Shown: positions 37,520 to 49,212 of the stretch, in pieces
How the letters are laid out: every line of letters begins with the position of its first letter
How positions within the stretch are numbered: the first letter of the stretch is position 1
Source: Candidatus Bathyarchaeia archaeon
Lineage (GTDB): Archaea; Thermoproteota; Bathyarchaeia; Bathyarchaeales; Bathycorpusculaceae
Direction: 5' to 3'
NCBI GenBank assembly: GCA_049521795.1
Contig: JBEKOM010000007.1
Location: 1 to 64,000 of the forward strand
DNA length: 64,000 nucleotides
Translations under genes and position numbers: made by a program
The notes under the pieces: model-generated
The model's database searches: none
What the model was told of the DNA's origin: nothing
The model's input: only the letters and a program-made list of their open reading frames with translations

Positions 37520-39064
37520 TTATACACCGTGCTCTGCTTGGTTTTGGCGAGCAGCTAACACCCAGTATGAGTGCGTGTTTTTGGCTCTCTGCACCGTGAG
37601 TGCTTTTGTTCCTGACGAGCTTTGCAGATGGTTTGCAGCCGCCACTGAAAGAGCAGCTACTTCCTCGAGTTCTGCTAGCCTTTCTGGTTGTATTCCAGGC
37701 TTGGCTTCTTCTCGTCTTGTTTTTCTTTTCTTGAAGAATTCTAGAGCGGTTTGTGGGAACAGCACGTAGGTTAGCTTGTCTTCTTCAGATTCAATGAAGG
37801 GCATAACGTCTTCCGGGATCTTGCCAAGGGCTGGCTCAAGTAGGTCGGCAGGACGGCATGTGATGGTTTTTTCATCGCGGATAATTCTCTTCTTTATCTT
37901 CTCGTCGATAGGCACTGGAGGCTTGCCGTACAAGCCTTTCACATAATCTTTTATCTCTTTAGGGACGATGCTGTATCTCTTGCCCGAGATAACGTTCAAG
38001 ACGGCTTGTATCCCAACGAGTTGACTGGTCGGCGTGACGAGAGGCGGATAACCCAGCTCCTTTCTGACTTTCGGCACTTCTGCGAGCACCTCATTCAACC
38101 TGTCTGATGCTTTCTGTTCTCGCAGCTGTTCAAGCAGGTTTGAGAACATTCCACCCGGAATTTGGTGCACGATTATCGATGCGTCAACTCTTTCAGCCTT
38201 TGGGTCTATCAGTTTCAACGGGTCGTAGTACTTCTCGCGCAGTTCACGGAAGTACTGTGCTATATCGTTAAGCAGCTGGCTGTCCAGGCCCGTGTCGTAA
38301 GGCGTCCCTTTCAGGGCAGCGACGACTGATTCCACAGGCGGTTGTGATGTGCCCCACGCCAACGGGGAGAACGCCGTGTCCAAGATGTCCACGCCTGCTT
38401 GGCAAGCGTGAAAGTAGGTCATCATGACCATGCCGCTTGTGCTGTGACTGTGCAGGTGTATCGGTAGGCCCACTTCTTTTTTCAGGGCAGAAATGAGTTC
38501 GAAGGCCTGTTGGGGAGCGAGCATTCCGGCCATGTCCTTGATGCATATCGAATCGCAGTCTAATTCGAGAAGTTTCTTGGCAACCTCTACAAAGTATTCA
38601 ACCGTGTGGAACGGGCTGATAGTGTAGCTGATGGTGCCCTGAGCGTGTCCGCCCACTTTTTTGACCGTCTTGATGGCGACTTCCATGTTTCTTACGTCGT
38701 TTAACGCATCGAACACACGGAAAATGTCTATGCCGTTCTCAGCTGCTTTCTCCACGAATTTTATGACAACATCATCGGGATAGTTCCGGTAGCCAACAAT
38801 GTTTTGTCCCCGAAGAAGCATTTGAAGCGGTGTCCTCTTGACGTGACGTTTCAGCTGACGGATACGCTCCCACGGGTCCTCAGAAAGGTACCGGATGCTG
38901 ACGTCGAAAGTGGCTCCGCCCCACGCTTCAAGCGAGAAAAAGCCAACCTGGTCCATTTTCTCAGCTATAGGCAGCATCGTGTCCGTTCGCATTCTCGTTG
39001 CGATCAGGCTTTGATGCGCATCCCGGAAGGTCGTATCAGTGATTTTCACTGGTTTCGGAACCAA
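37520..39064 (-). CDS. Pyruvate/oxaloacetate carboxyltransferase (5S / PycB / OadA-like), no biotinyl domain
   Basis: RDAHQSL.ATR, WGGATFD, CIKDMAG, HSH, HQIPGGM, LVTPTSQ. Confidence 0.92.
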   Translation of the reverse strand: MVPKPVKITDTTFRDAHQSLIATRMRTDTMLPIAEKMDQVGFFSLEAWGGATFDVSIRYLSEDPWERIRQLKRHVKRTPLQMLLRGQNIVGYRNYPDDVVIKFVEKAAENGIDIFRVFDALNDVRNMEVAIKTVKKVGGHAQGTISYTISPFHTVEYFVEVAKKLLELDCDSICIKDMAGMLAPQQAFELISALKKEVGLPIHLHSHSTSGMVMMTYFHACQAGVDILDTAFSPLAWGTSQPPVESVVAALKGTPYDTGLDSQLLNDIAQYFRELREKYYDPLKLIDPKAERVDASIIVHQIPGGMFSNLLEQLREQKASDRLNEVLAEVPKVRKELGYPPLVTPTSQLVGIQAVLNVISGKRYSIVPKEIKDYVKGLYGKPPVPIDEKIKKRIIRDEKTITCRPADLLEPALGKIPEDVMPFIESEEDKLTYVLFPQTALEFFKKRKTRREEAKPGIQPERLAELEEVAALSVAAANHLQSSSGTKALTVQRAKNTHSYWVLAARQNQAEHGV

Positions 39065-39128
39065 CGCTGGCTACCTCTGCAGTCTGCTAGGACTAGGAAT
39101 GTGAAAAGTGAGTTGAAGGTGTATTAAT

Positions 39129-40697
39129 CTATAATGGTAAGTTTGAATGCTTTCGTGATGGTCTGGCTTCGCGTTTGGTAGCCAGACTTTCGAGGGCACT
39201 GATGAGTTTGGGTCGGGTTTCTGCCGGTTCGATCACTTCGTCTATGTAGCCTTTTTGTGCAGCTATGTATGGGCTTGCGAATTTTTGGCGGTATTCGCTA
39301 ACGAGTTCCCTGTGCTTCTGCTTCGGGTCCTTTGCTTCGGCTATTTCTTTTCTGAAGATGATGTTTATGGCACCTTGTGGTCCCATGACGGCTATTTCTG
39401 CTGTTGGCCAAGCGTAGTTTATGTCTGCGCCGCTGTGTTTAGAACCCATAACGTCGTAGGCTCCGCCGTAGTCTTTTCTCAGGATGACCGTGACTTTTGG
39501 CACGGTTGCTTCGCAGTAGGCGTAGAGCAATTTTGAGCCGTGTTTAATTATTCCGCCGTGTTCTTGTTCTATTCCCGGCAGGAATCCGGGCACGTCTACG
39601 AAGGTTACTATAGGGATGTTGAAGGCATCGCAGAACCGTACAAATCTTCCCGCTTTCATTGAACTGTTTATGTCCAGTGCGCCTGAGTAGTGAGCAGGCT
39701 GGTTAGCGACGATTCCCACTGTTCTGCCGTTTAAACGCGCAAAGCCTATCACTATGTTCTGCGCCCAGAGGGATTGAATCTCGAAGAACTCGTCGCTGTC
39801 CACGACACGGTGGATGACTTCTTTAACGTCGTATGGCTTGTCCGAGTCGTCAGGTAGGATTCTGGCCAAGGTTTCATCCGTGCGGTTCGGGTCGTCGCCT
39901 GTTTCAATAATAGGCGGGTCTTCCAAGTAGTTGCTGGGCAAGTAGCTCAAGAGTTTCTTGACGATCTGTACGCAATGCTGCTCGTCTCTTGCGATGAAGT
40001 GTGTCACTCCGCTGGTCTGGCTGTGAACCATCGCTCCGCCCAATTCTTCGAATGTCACTTCCTGTCCCAGAACGGTTTTAACAACGTCCGGACCCGTGAT
40101 GAACATGTGACTTGTCTTGTCAACCATTATTATGAAGTCCGTAAGCGCCGGGGAATACACGGCTCCTCCTGCACATGGCCCCATCACAGCGGAAATCTGC
40201 GGTATCACGCCTGAGCTTGTGACGTTTCGGAAGAAGATGTCTCCATATCCGGCGAGGCTTGCTACGCCTTCCTGTATGCGAGCGCCGCCGCTGTCGTTCA
40301 AGCCTATGACGGGTGCGCCTGTTTTTATGGCTAAATCCATCAGCTTGCAGACCTTCTTTGCGAACATCTCGCCTAATGAGCCTCCGAAGACCGTGAAGTC
40401 CTGAGAAAAAACGTAGACCAATCGACCATCAATCGTGCCGTAGCCGGTTACAACACCGTCTCCGAGGAACTTCTTTTCTCCCAAGCCGAATTCTGTGCTT
40501 TGGTGAACGACAAACCTGTCGATTTCATTGAAGCTTCCAGGGTCTAACAGTAGGTCAATGCGTTCTCTGGCCGCCAATTTGCCCTTAGCATGCTGTTCTT
40601 CGATCCGTTTTTGTCCACCGCCAAGCTCGGCCTGCTTCTCGAGTTCTTTCAGGTGCTTGATCTTCTCTTCGACTGTAGGTTCCTTCGTCGGGCTCAT
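39129..40697 (-). CDS. Acyl-CoA carboxyltransferase (12S / PccB / MmdA-like)
   Basis: [45 protein letters not shown]. Confidence 0.93.
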   Translation of the reverse strand: MSPTKEPTVEEKIKHLKELEKQAELGGGQKRIEEQHAKGKLAARERIDLLLDPGSFNEIDRFVVHQSTEFGLGEKKFLGDGVVTGYGTIDGRLVYVFSQDFTVFGGSLGEMFAKKVCKLMDLAIKTGAPVIGLNDSGGARIQEGVASLAGYGDIFFRNVTSSGVIPQISAVMGPCAGGAVYSPALTDFIIMVDKTSHMFITGPDVVKTVLGQEVTFEELGGAMVHSQTSGVTHFIARDEQHCVQIVKKLLSYLPSNYLEDPPIIETGDDPNRTDETLARILPDDSDKPYDVKEVIHRVVDSDEFFEIQSLWAQNIVIGFARLNGRTVGIVANQPAHYSGALDINSSMKAGRFVRFCDAFNIPIVTFVDVPGFLPGIEQEHGGIIKHGSKLLYAYCEATVPKVTVILRKDYGGAYDVMGSKHSGADINYAWPTAEIAVMGPQGAINIIFRKEIAEAKDPKQKHRELVSEYRQKFASPYIAAQKGYIDEVIEPAETRPKLISALESLATKREARPSRKHSNLPL

Positions 40698-40782
40698 TCA
40701 ATCCCCCCCGTATTCTTGACTATAGTGTTGTGCATGTATTTAGAACGAACGGGAGTTTCATAGAACATCCACGTGGAAAGAA

Positions 40783-41187
40783 CTACGGTTTCTCAACAAG
40801 CTCAAGAAGAACGCCGCGAGTGCTTTTCGGATGGACGAAAGCGATCTTTGCTCCTTCTGCACCAGACCTCGGCTTCTCATCAATCAGTGTTAACCCCTTC
40901 TTCTTGAAATCTTCAAGCACAGCCTCGATGTTTTTGACCCTCAAAGCTAAATGTTGTATGCCCTCGCCTCGTGTTTCAAGGAACTTTGCAACCGGGCTGT
41001 CGCTGCCAAGAGGCTCCAACAGTTCTACGCGACTTTCCTTTCCAGCTGAAAAGAAGGCAACTCTTACCTTCCGCTCTTCCAACTTGTGGACTCCTTCAAG
41101 CCGAAGACCTAGAATGTCACGGTAGACACAGATTGCTTCATCCAGGTCTTTCACGGCGATCCCGATGTGGTCGATAGCTTCGATCAA
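40783..41187 (-). CDS. mce: Methylmalonyl-CoA epimerase
   Basis: IDHIGIAV, VELLEP, GEGIQHLAL, FVHPKSTRGVLLEL. Confidence 0.92.
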   Translation of the reverse strand: MIEAIDHIGIAVKDLDEAICVYRDILGLRLEGVHKLEERKVRVAFFSAGKESRVELLEPLGSDSPVAKFLETRGEGIQHLALRVKNIEAVLEDFKKKGLTLIDEKPRSGAEGAKIAFVHPKSTRGVLLELVEKP

Positions 41188-41285
41188 CGTGTATTCCTCT
41201 TCAATGACACCTTAGGCAAGTCAGCCACGTTATAAAAAAGTTTCCAGTCTATCTTTCAAGTGCTCTCACGGAACTGTTTCGAAGA

Positions 41286-44200
41286 TCATCTTTCTCCTTT
41301 GATCCAGCCCTTGATCCCCAACTCTTTGACTGTTATGCTAATCGGTTCCGGCTGGTGCGATTTGTATGTGCCGTTTTCGTCCAGATACAGTACAGTAGGT
41401 TTCAAAAAGAATTCTCCCTGAGCCTTTGACTTAATAGTGAGCCTCACCTCTTCCGTCTTCAACGGGTCAAGCCTCTTTCCCTTCATGTTGAGATAACTGT
41501 CTTCTACGCGGTAGATTTCAGGTTTTTCTGCAAGCTCAAAACCTGTGGGAATGACCTCCGTGATCTTAATGAGCTGGGCAGAGCTTTTTCCCGCGTTGAC
41601 AAGCTCTATCTCAAGATCCAGGTTTTCCCCGACTTTCAGTTGCTTCTGGCGTATAACGAGGTTTGCCTGTACATTCGCGTTTTCAAATTTCTCCAGGCCT
41701 ACCGCGTTTTCTTGGTTTGGTGTGGGCGTTGTGAAGGCGGAGGTTGTTGAAACAATCGACGGCGCGTGCAGTACCTCGCTGAGAGACAGGGCTAGTTCTC
41801 GTTCCTCCTTCACCCTCTCCAGTAGCCTTAGCACCTGTTCCCTTTTTTCCGGATGCTCCGCCTTCATAAACGAGCCTGCTGAGGTCTGCAGCACCTTTTC
41901 GGCCATCATGTAAAGTCTTGCTTTTTTCTCAGGATCGCTTTCTCCCTTAGCATTGTCCATGTGCATGTAGGCATCAAGGAGCAGTTCGGTTGCCTTGGCA
42001 TACTCTGATGCGTTCTGGAAGCCAGCTCTTACGTAGTGTTTGGCGGCGCTTTCCAGTTGCTGAATGGCGATCTTGTACAATTCCGCGTTTCCTGTGTCAG
42101 CGAATCTTGTTCCGGCTTCAAGCGCTCTGCAGAAGCGACTATGTCCCAAAGCTAACATTTTCGCCTTCTCGTTAGGACTGAACTCTTTGGCTTCCTCAAA
42201 GAGCTGGGACGCTTCTAGGTACAGGTCAGGGGATCCCTCAGCTTCTGCGCCAGTCATTTTTGCCCAAGCCTGAGAAAGAATCGTGATGAGTCTGAATTCC
42301 TTCTTTTCTTGTTCTGACTCTGTCGCCTTGGTTATTTTCTGAAGAGTCTCCGCCGCTGAACAGTATTTTTCTGAGCTGGCGTGGTGATCGCCTTCCTATC
42401 AAGGATTTTTGCCTCTTCGATGGCGATTCTCGCCAAGCAGTATTCGCGCCTTGAGTCCGTTGCATTGACCATTTGGGTGGCCATCTGCTTCTCGTCTGGG
42501 TCTTCAATCTTGGCAAGTCCATCCTGGATAGACTTCTTAGTTTCTTCAAAAAGTCTGGCTGCCTGTTCAAAGGCTTGGAGGGCTTCTTCGCTCTGGTCTT
42601 TTCTGCTAAACTCCTCCGCGTGCTCAACTTGGGCCCAGGCGAAGTAGTTTGGAGCTAGGTAACTCCATTGTTTCAACGATTTGTGCATGTTGGCGGCGTT
42701 CTGAAAGTGCTCCTCTGCTAAGCCACACTCTTGTCTTTCGTGATGATGTCTTGCCTTCTCGATTTGACTCCAAGCCTGCATGTAACACGCATGATCCTGA
42801 TAAAAGCCCTTGAGCTGAGGAATGTTTTCTGCGGCGGTCACGTAGTTGTCTGAGGCTGAGCCGAAGTATTGAGCCGCATTTGAATGTTCGCCCAGCGCAT
42901 CATAAGCTTGGGCGATCTTCCAGTGGCATTCAGCCATGCGGCTTCTAAGATTGAGCTTTCGAAATGATTCAGTCGCTTCTCTAAAGACTTCTATGGCCTT
43001 TTTCAAACACTCTCGGTTTTGAGTAAGGGCATATAGGCGGTTCAACACATTTCCATATTCAGATTGCGAATACCCAAGAACAGCAAATAGCGATGTTAAA
43101 CCTGGACGTTTGCCTTCAAAGAATGTCAATTCTTTAGCAAGAAGTTTCAAGGAATTCTCTCTGGATAACGCGACTTCCTGGAGCAGGTTCTTCCTGGTCT
43201 CGGGGTCATCTGATATCTCGGCAAGATCAGATTTTATCTTAGCCAAACTTTCCTGCGTTATACCACGGTTCCAGTAGAGAAGGGGCGTAAGCTGCTCAGT
43301 CATCGCAACAGATTCTTTCTTGTGTTGCAGAGCCTGTTCGAGAAGCTTCTTTTTCTCGTCGCAGTTGGTTTCTGTTTTGGCTAAAACAGAAATAATCGCG
43401 CCGACCATGCTATGTGCATACATAATTGCTTCTGGATACCCAGAATTCTCAGCCTTCTTCAGCATTTCCGGTGCGGCTTTCATGGCTTTTTCAATCAGAT
43501 CACGCTTTTTCTTCACGTCTACTTCCATACCAGCCAGCCACATGCTGGAATCAGCAGGAGACGCTTCGATCCAAGCAAGGTCTGCGCGTGGACTTATGAA
43601 CGCGATTTGAGAGAACTGTTCTCTGGCGTCTTGAATATACTCTATGACTGCTTTTGCGAGCTGAGCTATCTCGTCCTTGTCTTCAAGGCCGTTTGTCTTC
43701 CAAACAGTGTGATAGGTGAGCCAGTCCAATGCACATCCGATGAAGAATCTGTCTTTGGTTTTCTTAGCAGACTCCAATCCTTTCTTGCAGTTCGACAGGG
43801 CTTCGTCCGAACCTTCCAAGCCGAATATGGGTTGACCTCCAAACACTGGGAATAACGATTCAAGGGTGGCTGTCTCTTCGGAAAGCTCTTTAGCCTTGGC
43901 CCAGTAGTCCAGACCTTTTTGATAGGACTGTTCTCGCTCATGTCCGTCTTGGCAGTAGTAGCCGAACACTCCTAGACAGACAACCGTTTTTGCACAGGCT
44001 TTTGCGAGTTCGGGTACGTCCTCGGAATCGGAAAGGAACTTTACTGCCTTCTCTCCACACTCCACCGTTTCCTTCATGATCCTTACGCGCGCTTGAAAAT
44101 CCGACTCAAGTGTGAATTCAAAAATGGGGCCACTTGACAGCTGATTGTACGTCTTTCCATAATCCCAAGAGGCTTCAGCAGCTTCAAAAGCTTCTAGAGC

Positions 44201-44599
44201 AGCTTTTGTCATCCTCCAACAATCATCGAGTAGTTTTTTCTTCTCAGAAGCTTCTGTTGCAAGCCAGTCGCCCATGAGGGCCACCATGGCTTCGCATCGA
44301 AGCATCCTTGGCGCTTTTTCTACATTATTTGAACTGTCATAGAATTCCTTGGCCCTGTTATGGTTCGCGATTGCCTCGCGGATTCTTTCCTTAAACTCAT
44401 TGACGCTCTCAGCCTGCATGGCAGCTTTATAGGAAGCGTGACCCATTCGCTCGTAAGTGTCGCCGATGCTGAAGGTGTCTTGTTTAGAAAACAAGCCCGA
44501 CGCTTTCTTGTAAGATTCAGCTGCTCCCAGCCAGTCGTACTCTTTTTCCTGTTCCTTTGCTTGAACCAGAACTGCCTCAGCGCTTGACGCGTCTAACAT
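41286..44599 (-). pseudogene. ~1100-aa TPR-like alpha-solenoid with C-terminal Ig/BatD-like domain, split by a 1-nt frameshift near 42391
   Basis: Shifting frame at ...LDRK|GDHHASSEKY... joins ORF 42332-44599 to ORF 41286-42257 through an open 46-codon bridge. Confidence 0.75.
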
Positions 44600-44776
44600 G
44601 CCAGTGGACCACTACAAGAGTATTAACTGGTCTCTGAAATAACTTTTCATGAAACGTCAGCCAACCTAAACGAGGACAGTCATCAGGCCTAAAGCGCTGA
44701 TTGGCTTCTTGTTCATGGCTTTTGGTTCTTTGTAAACTTTATATGCAAAGCAGGGGCAAATTTGAGTTGATGGGAC

Positions 44777-46867
44777 ATGACTATCAAGAAGATCGTTAAG
44801 CGAGACGGCAGAGTAGTTGATTTTGATTCCAACAGGATTAGAGACGCTATTTACAAGGCTTTCATTGCCGTTGAGTTGGGGGACGGTAAGAAAGCTGAGA
44901 GCATATCGCGCGATGTAGTTAGGCTTCTGGAGGAAAGATTCGACGGAAGAACTCCTTCCGTTGAGGATGCGCAGGACCTCGTGATAGAGGTTCTGAAGAA
45001 AGAAGGTTTTGAAAGAGTTGCGCACGAATATGAAGTGTACAGGCAGAAGAAGCTCGAAATAAGGAAAATGACAGAGAAGCTGGGCATTGAAGCGCCCAAG
45101 CTGACTGTCAACGCTATGGAAGTTTTGAGGCAGAGGTACCTTCTGAGAGACGAGACTGAAAGACTCACTGAAACTCCTGCTCAGTTGTTCAAGAGAGTTG
45201 CAGGAGCGGTGGCGAAACCTGACGGAAAATATGGCGGAAGCACCGTTCAAAGTGAACAATCATTTTTTGAGATGATGGCGAAGCTCGAGTTTCTTCCGAA
45301 CACGCCGACGCTGTTCAACGCTGGAACAGAGCTTGGTCAACTGTCTGCGTGCTTCGTCCTTCCCGTTGAAGACTCGCTGGAGGGCATTTTCAACGCTGCA
45401 AAAGACATGGCGATCATCGAGAAGAGCGGCGGTGGAGTCGGCTTCGATTTCTCGAGGCTCAGACCTAAGGGAGACCTGGTCATGTCAACCAAGGGCGTAG
45501 CATCGGGCCCTGTTAGTTTCATGCGGATTTTTGACACTGGCACAGAGGTGATAAAGGCCGGTGGAAAGCGAAGAGGGGCGATGATGGCGATCCTGAGGGT
45601 TGACCATCCGGACATCCTTGAATTCATAACGTCAAAGCAGCAGCCTGGTTTCTTGTCCAACTTCAACATCTCAGTCGCCGCTACGGACGCCTTCATGAAG
45701 GCCGTGGAGGAAAACGGGGAATACTGGTTAGTTAACCCGAGAAGCAGAGAAAGAACGAGGAAACTCAACGCCAGAGACGTTTGGACTCAGATGGCAAGGT
45801 CCGCTTGGGCCAGCGGAGACCCAGGCGTGGTCTTCATAGACGAGATCAACAGATACAACCCCACGCCCCAAGTTGGCATGATGGAGTCAACCAACCCCTG
45901 CGGGGAGCAGCCGCTGCTTCCTTACGAGTCCTGCAACTTGGGCTCAATCAACCTTTCACACATTGTTGAGGATGGAAAAATAAACTTTGAGAAACTGAGG
46001 GAAACCGTGCGAAACGGGGTTCATTTCCTCGACAACGTGGTGGACGGGAACAGGTATCCTTTGAAAGAGACTGAGAAGATAACGAGGGCAAACAGGAAGA
46101 TAGGCTTAGGCGTGATGGGTTTTGCAGACATGCTGATAAAACTCGGAGTTCCCTACGATTCTGAAGAGGCCCTGAGCGTCGGCGAGAAGACAATGAAGTT
46201 CATCCAAGAGGAGGGACATAAGAAGTCCAATGAGCTGGGTGAGGAAAGAGGGTCATTTCCGAACTTTGAGGGAAGCATCTGGAAGGACAAGTACTCGGCC
46301 ATGAGGAACGCAACGGTAACGACCGTGGCGCCGACGGGCACCATAAGCATAATCGCCGGCTGCAGCTCAGGCATCGAGCCGATTTTCGCGATCTCCTTCA
46401 TACGCAACGTGCTGAGCGGGACCAGGCTCTTCGAAACGAACCCGCTGTTTGAGATGATGTCTAAGGAAAGAGGCTTCTACAGCGCCAAGCTTCTGGAAGA
46501 AATAGCGAAAACGGGCTCTGTTCAGAAGATCGAAGGAGTCCCGGAAGACATCAAGAGGCTTTTCGTAACAGCCCTGGACATCAAACCGGAATGGCACGTG
46601 AGAATGCAGGCCGCGTTTCAAAGGTACACGGATAACGCCGTGTCAAAGACCGTTAATCTGCCGACGGATGCAACGGTTGAAGATGTCAGGAAAATATATG
46701 ATTTGGCCTGGAAGCTGAAGTGCAAGGGAGTAACCGTGTTCAGGTACGGAAGCAAACCCGAGCAGGTGCTGTACATCGGCGAAATAAAAACCGAGAAGGG
46801 AAAATTCGTCGCCCTAGAACCGGAGTACGCCGGAGGCTGCCCAACCAAAAACTGCCCATTCCCCTAA
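44777..46867 (+). CDS. nrdJ: Class II (B12-dependent) ribonucleotide reductase with ATP-cone
   Basis: IVKRDG ATP cone, PNTPTL.NAG, SACFV, TNPCGEQPL, APTGTIS, KGVTVFR. Confidence 0.93.
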   Translation: MTIKKIVKRDGRVVDFDSNRIRDAIYKAFIAVELGDGKKAESISRDVVRLLEERFDGRTPSVEDAQDLVIEVLKKEGFERVAHEYEVYRQKKLEIRKMTEKLGIEAPKLTVNAMEVLRQRYLLRDETERLTETPAQLFKRVAGAVAKPDGKYGGSTVQSEQSFFEMMAKLEFLPNTPTLFNAGTELGQLSACFVLPVEDSLEGIFNAAKDMAIIEKSGGGVGFDFSRLRPKGDLVMSTKGVASGPVSFMRIFDTGTEVIKAGGKRRGAMMAILRVDHPDILEFITSKQQPGFLSNFNISVAATDAFMKAVEENGEYWLVNPRSRERTRKLNARDVWTQMARSAWASGDPGVVFIDEINRYNPTPQVGMMESTNPCGEQPLLPYESCNLGSINLSHIVEDGKINFEKLRETVRNGVHFLDNVVDGNRYPLKETEKITRANRKIGLGVMGFADMLIKLGVPYDSEEALSVGEKTMKFIQEEGHKKSNELGEERGSFPNFEGSIWKDKYSAMRNATVTTVAPTGTISIIAGCSSGIEPIFAISFIRNVLSGTRLFETNPLFEMMSKERGFYSAKLLEEIAKTGSVQKIEGVPEDIKRLFVTALDIKPEWHVRMQAAFQRYTDNAVSKTVNLPTDATVEDVRKIYDLAWKLKCKGVTVFRYGSKPEQVLYIGEIKTEKGKFVALEPEYAGGCPTKNCPFP

Positions 46868-46921
46868 GCGCGACAACGGTCAGCGTTCAGGCCGCGCGTC
46901 AGGTTTCACCGACAAAATTAA

Positions 46922-47797
46922 ATGCTCGGGTGTTCCATAATTGTCCTAGGGGTTTGCTTGAGAAAGGTTTTTGCGGCTGCGTTAATGCTTGCTCTATCGG
47001 CAAGCGTTCTTCTAATAGGTGGAACCGCGGCAAAGTACTACATGAACAATCGCACGACAGGGCAGATCGATTATCACGGTACGGAGGCTAGTGGGGTCAC
47101 AACCGCTACAAATGGAAACCAACCAAACCACCCCTCTCAAGCTACATCGGCGCCGCCTAAGACTGGTCTAAATCACACCAGAGTGATCGTCTACCCCAAA
47201 GGCAACCAAAGTGAAACAGTATCCACGAACATTTCAGTTGTACCGAACAATTTTGTCGTGTCTGTAAACCAGACGTTCAGCGTGGACGTGTGGATAAACC
47301 ACGTGACGGACATGGCGGGATGGGAAATCAACCTCTTGTGGAACAACAGTGTGCTCAAATGCGTATGGGCCCAGATAAACACTCCGCCTGAATGGGGAGG
47401 AGTAGCGTTTGATTTTTTCAACAAAACCGAAGCAGACGCGAATAAGATAGACCCAAATTCCGTGTACACCGCTTGGCTGTTTGGCTCAGGAATAGATAAC
47501 AATTTCAGCGCCACATACGGACAATACTGGAAAGCTGAAACTTATGGGCCGTACGGGAGTGGCTACGACAACACTTTCAACGGATCATATGCCATCGTAA
47601 CGCTTACCTTCAAGGCATTGCGAGCGGGATCAACATCCATGGACCTTTTGGAGGCCGAAAATCTGGAAATATCGTGCGTTTACGTGAACCAAATCTGCAA
47701 TGGATATGCAGAGCTAATAACGCACGTTGACTATGGCGGCTTCGTCGAAGTGCAAGATATGATGCCTTCTGAAGCTGCATCAGGTCCCCTTCAATAG
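46922..47797 (+). CDS. Secreted protein with cohesin-like domain
   Basis: Signal anchor, FSVDVWINHVTDMAGWEINLLWNNSVL, LTFKA...GST.MDL. Confidence 0.7.
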   Translation: MLGCSIIVLGVCLRKVFAAALMLALSASVLLIGGTAAKYYMNNRTTGQIDYHGTEASGVTTATNGNQPNHPSQATSAPPKTGLNHTRVIVYPKGNQSETVSTNISVVPNNFVVSVNQTFSVDVWINHVTDMAGWEINLLWNNSVLKCVWAQINTPPEWGGVAFDFFNKTEADANKIDPNSVYTAWLFGSGIDNNFSATYGQYWKAETYGPYGSGYDNTFNGSYAIVTLTFKALRAGSTSMDLLEAENLEISCVYVNQICNGYAELITHVDYGGFVEVQDMMPSEAASGPLQ

Positions 47798-48118
47798 ACT
47801 CGATACTGCGCGTGCGCTCAAAGTCGAAAACGCTGGAAGCCCGTATGTGCGCAGCCCCAAGCGATCAACAGATCGGTTCTCCGACGCGTGACATCCACGA
47901 TGGAACCGTTGACTCGACTAGCGCGCGCGACCCGTAAGACAACACAACACGCGGAAAGAGCGGAGCGGCATGGAATGATACGTTTGACAAGTACCAAGAC
48001 ATTACAGTCTAAGCTATGACAGGCTAGAGTTCAAATTTTTTGTACAGGCGTACAAAAGCGTAGAATTAAGTTTCTCGCTGACCATCTAATCTTTCAGCTG
48101 TGAGAGGGAAGGGAGACC

Positions 48119-48451
48119 GTGGAGACTCGGCTCAGGAAACGTGAAAGGGACAGAATAGCCATAGTTGCGGAGATTCTGGAGATGGCGCGTGGCGGAGTCT
48201 TGAAGAGCAACATTATGTGGAGAGCAGGGCTCAGTTATGATATGCTGAACGGGTACCTCGGGCTCATGATGAACGCCAGGTTGATGGATAAAGTGCTGAT
48301 GAAGAACAAGGTCGTGTTCAAGCCTACGGAGAGAGGCATCAAGTTCTTGTACCACTGCCGTGAAATCATGGAGCTGCTGGAAACTGAAGATGATGAACAC
48401 GAACCGTGCAGAAGGATTCAGCTTCTACCAACTAGTCTATCATATCACTAA
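48119..48451 (+). CDS. Winged-helix DNA-binding protein (HTH_45-like)
   Basis: RDRIAIVAEIL...KSNIMWRAGLS...YL..M...TERGIKFL. Confidence 0.85.
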   Translation: METRLRKRERDRIAIVAEILEMARGGVLKSNIMWRAGLSYDMLNGYLGLMMNARLMDKVLMKNKVVFKPTERGIKFLYHCREIMELLETEDDEHEPCRRIQLLPTSLSYH

Positions 48452-48600
48452 TCTGACTATCACGACTTAACGCATCGTTCAATCAACTCTAGAAGCCAGA
48501 CCGCCTGCTGTTTTTCGTCACCGTTTCCGTGGGTTCCTCATGAAAGCTCGCGTAGCGACGATCCAAAGGAGTGCAACCAAAAGCGAATATGAAAGCCGCA

Positions 48601-49017
48601 TTATTCCTTTGTGTTTCTCAGGTTGTACTTCATTTTGACTCCGGCTTTTTCAAAGAGTTTTCCAACGGGGCAGTTTCGCACGGTAAGTTCGTGTGCCCTT
48701 CGGAGTCTGTCCTTCGGCATGTCGGTTTCGACAAGAACATCCACGGTGGCTTCGGTTATCGTTCCCGCGGCTTCGGACTTCACGGCTTCCACGTTGATTT
48801 CCATGTTCTTGAGTGAGAACCTCATCTTCTTCGCCGTCAGGACGAAGATCGTCGCGTAGCAGCCTGCATAACTCATCAGACAGAGGTCCAGCGCTGAGGG
48901 GCCCATGTCAGTTCCATCCGGCGGAGGCTGGTCCAGGCATAGTGCGTGTGTCTTCTGGTCGTCAACGTCGATTCTGTAGTTCTCAACCAGCTTTGCTTTT
49001 GCACGAAGTTTTGTCAT
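48601..49017 (-). CDS. OsmC-family protein
   Basis: DQP..GTDMGPS, SYAGC, NCPV. Confidence 0.88.
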   Translation of the reverse strand: MTKLRAKAKLVENYRIDVDDQKTHALCLDQPPPDGTDMGPSALDLCLMSYAGCYATIFVLTAKKMRFSLKNMEINVEAVKSEAAGTITEATVDVLVETDMPKDRLRRAHELTVRNCPVGKLFEKAGVKMKYNLRNTKE

Positions 49018-49212
49018 AGCACTTCGCCTTCAACACAAGTGTGTAACTGAAAATGTGGAAGTTAAAGCTTCTTGCAGAAGGATCATTCCTTTTAGTCAAC
49101 GGCTATACGTTAATATTCTGGAAGGCGGGAACATTAGAAGGTGAAGAATCATCTACGTCGTGTTGATTCTGAAGGAACAAGTGTTCAACCGCAGTGCGGA
49201 TGGTGTGGCTGA

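Noticed and set aside
42380-42410. Programmed -1 frameshift
   Set aside because: No slippery heptamer or obvious downstream structure.
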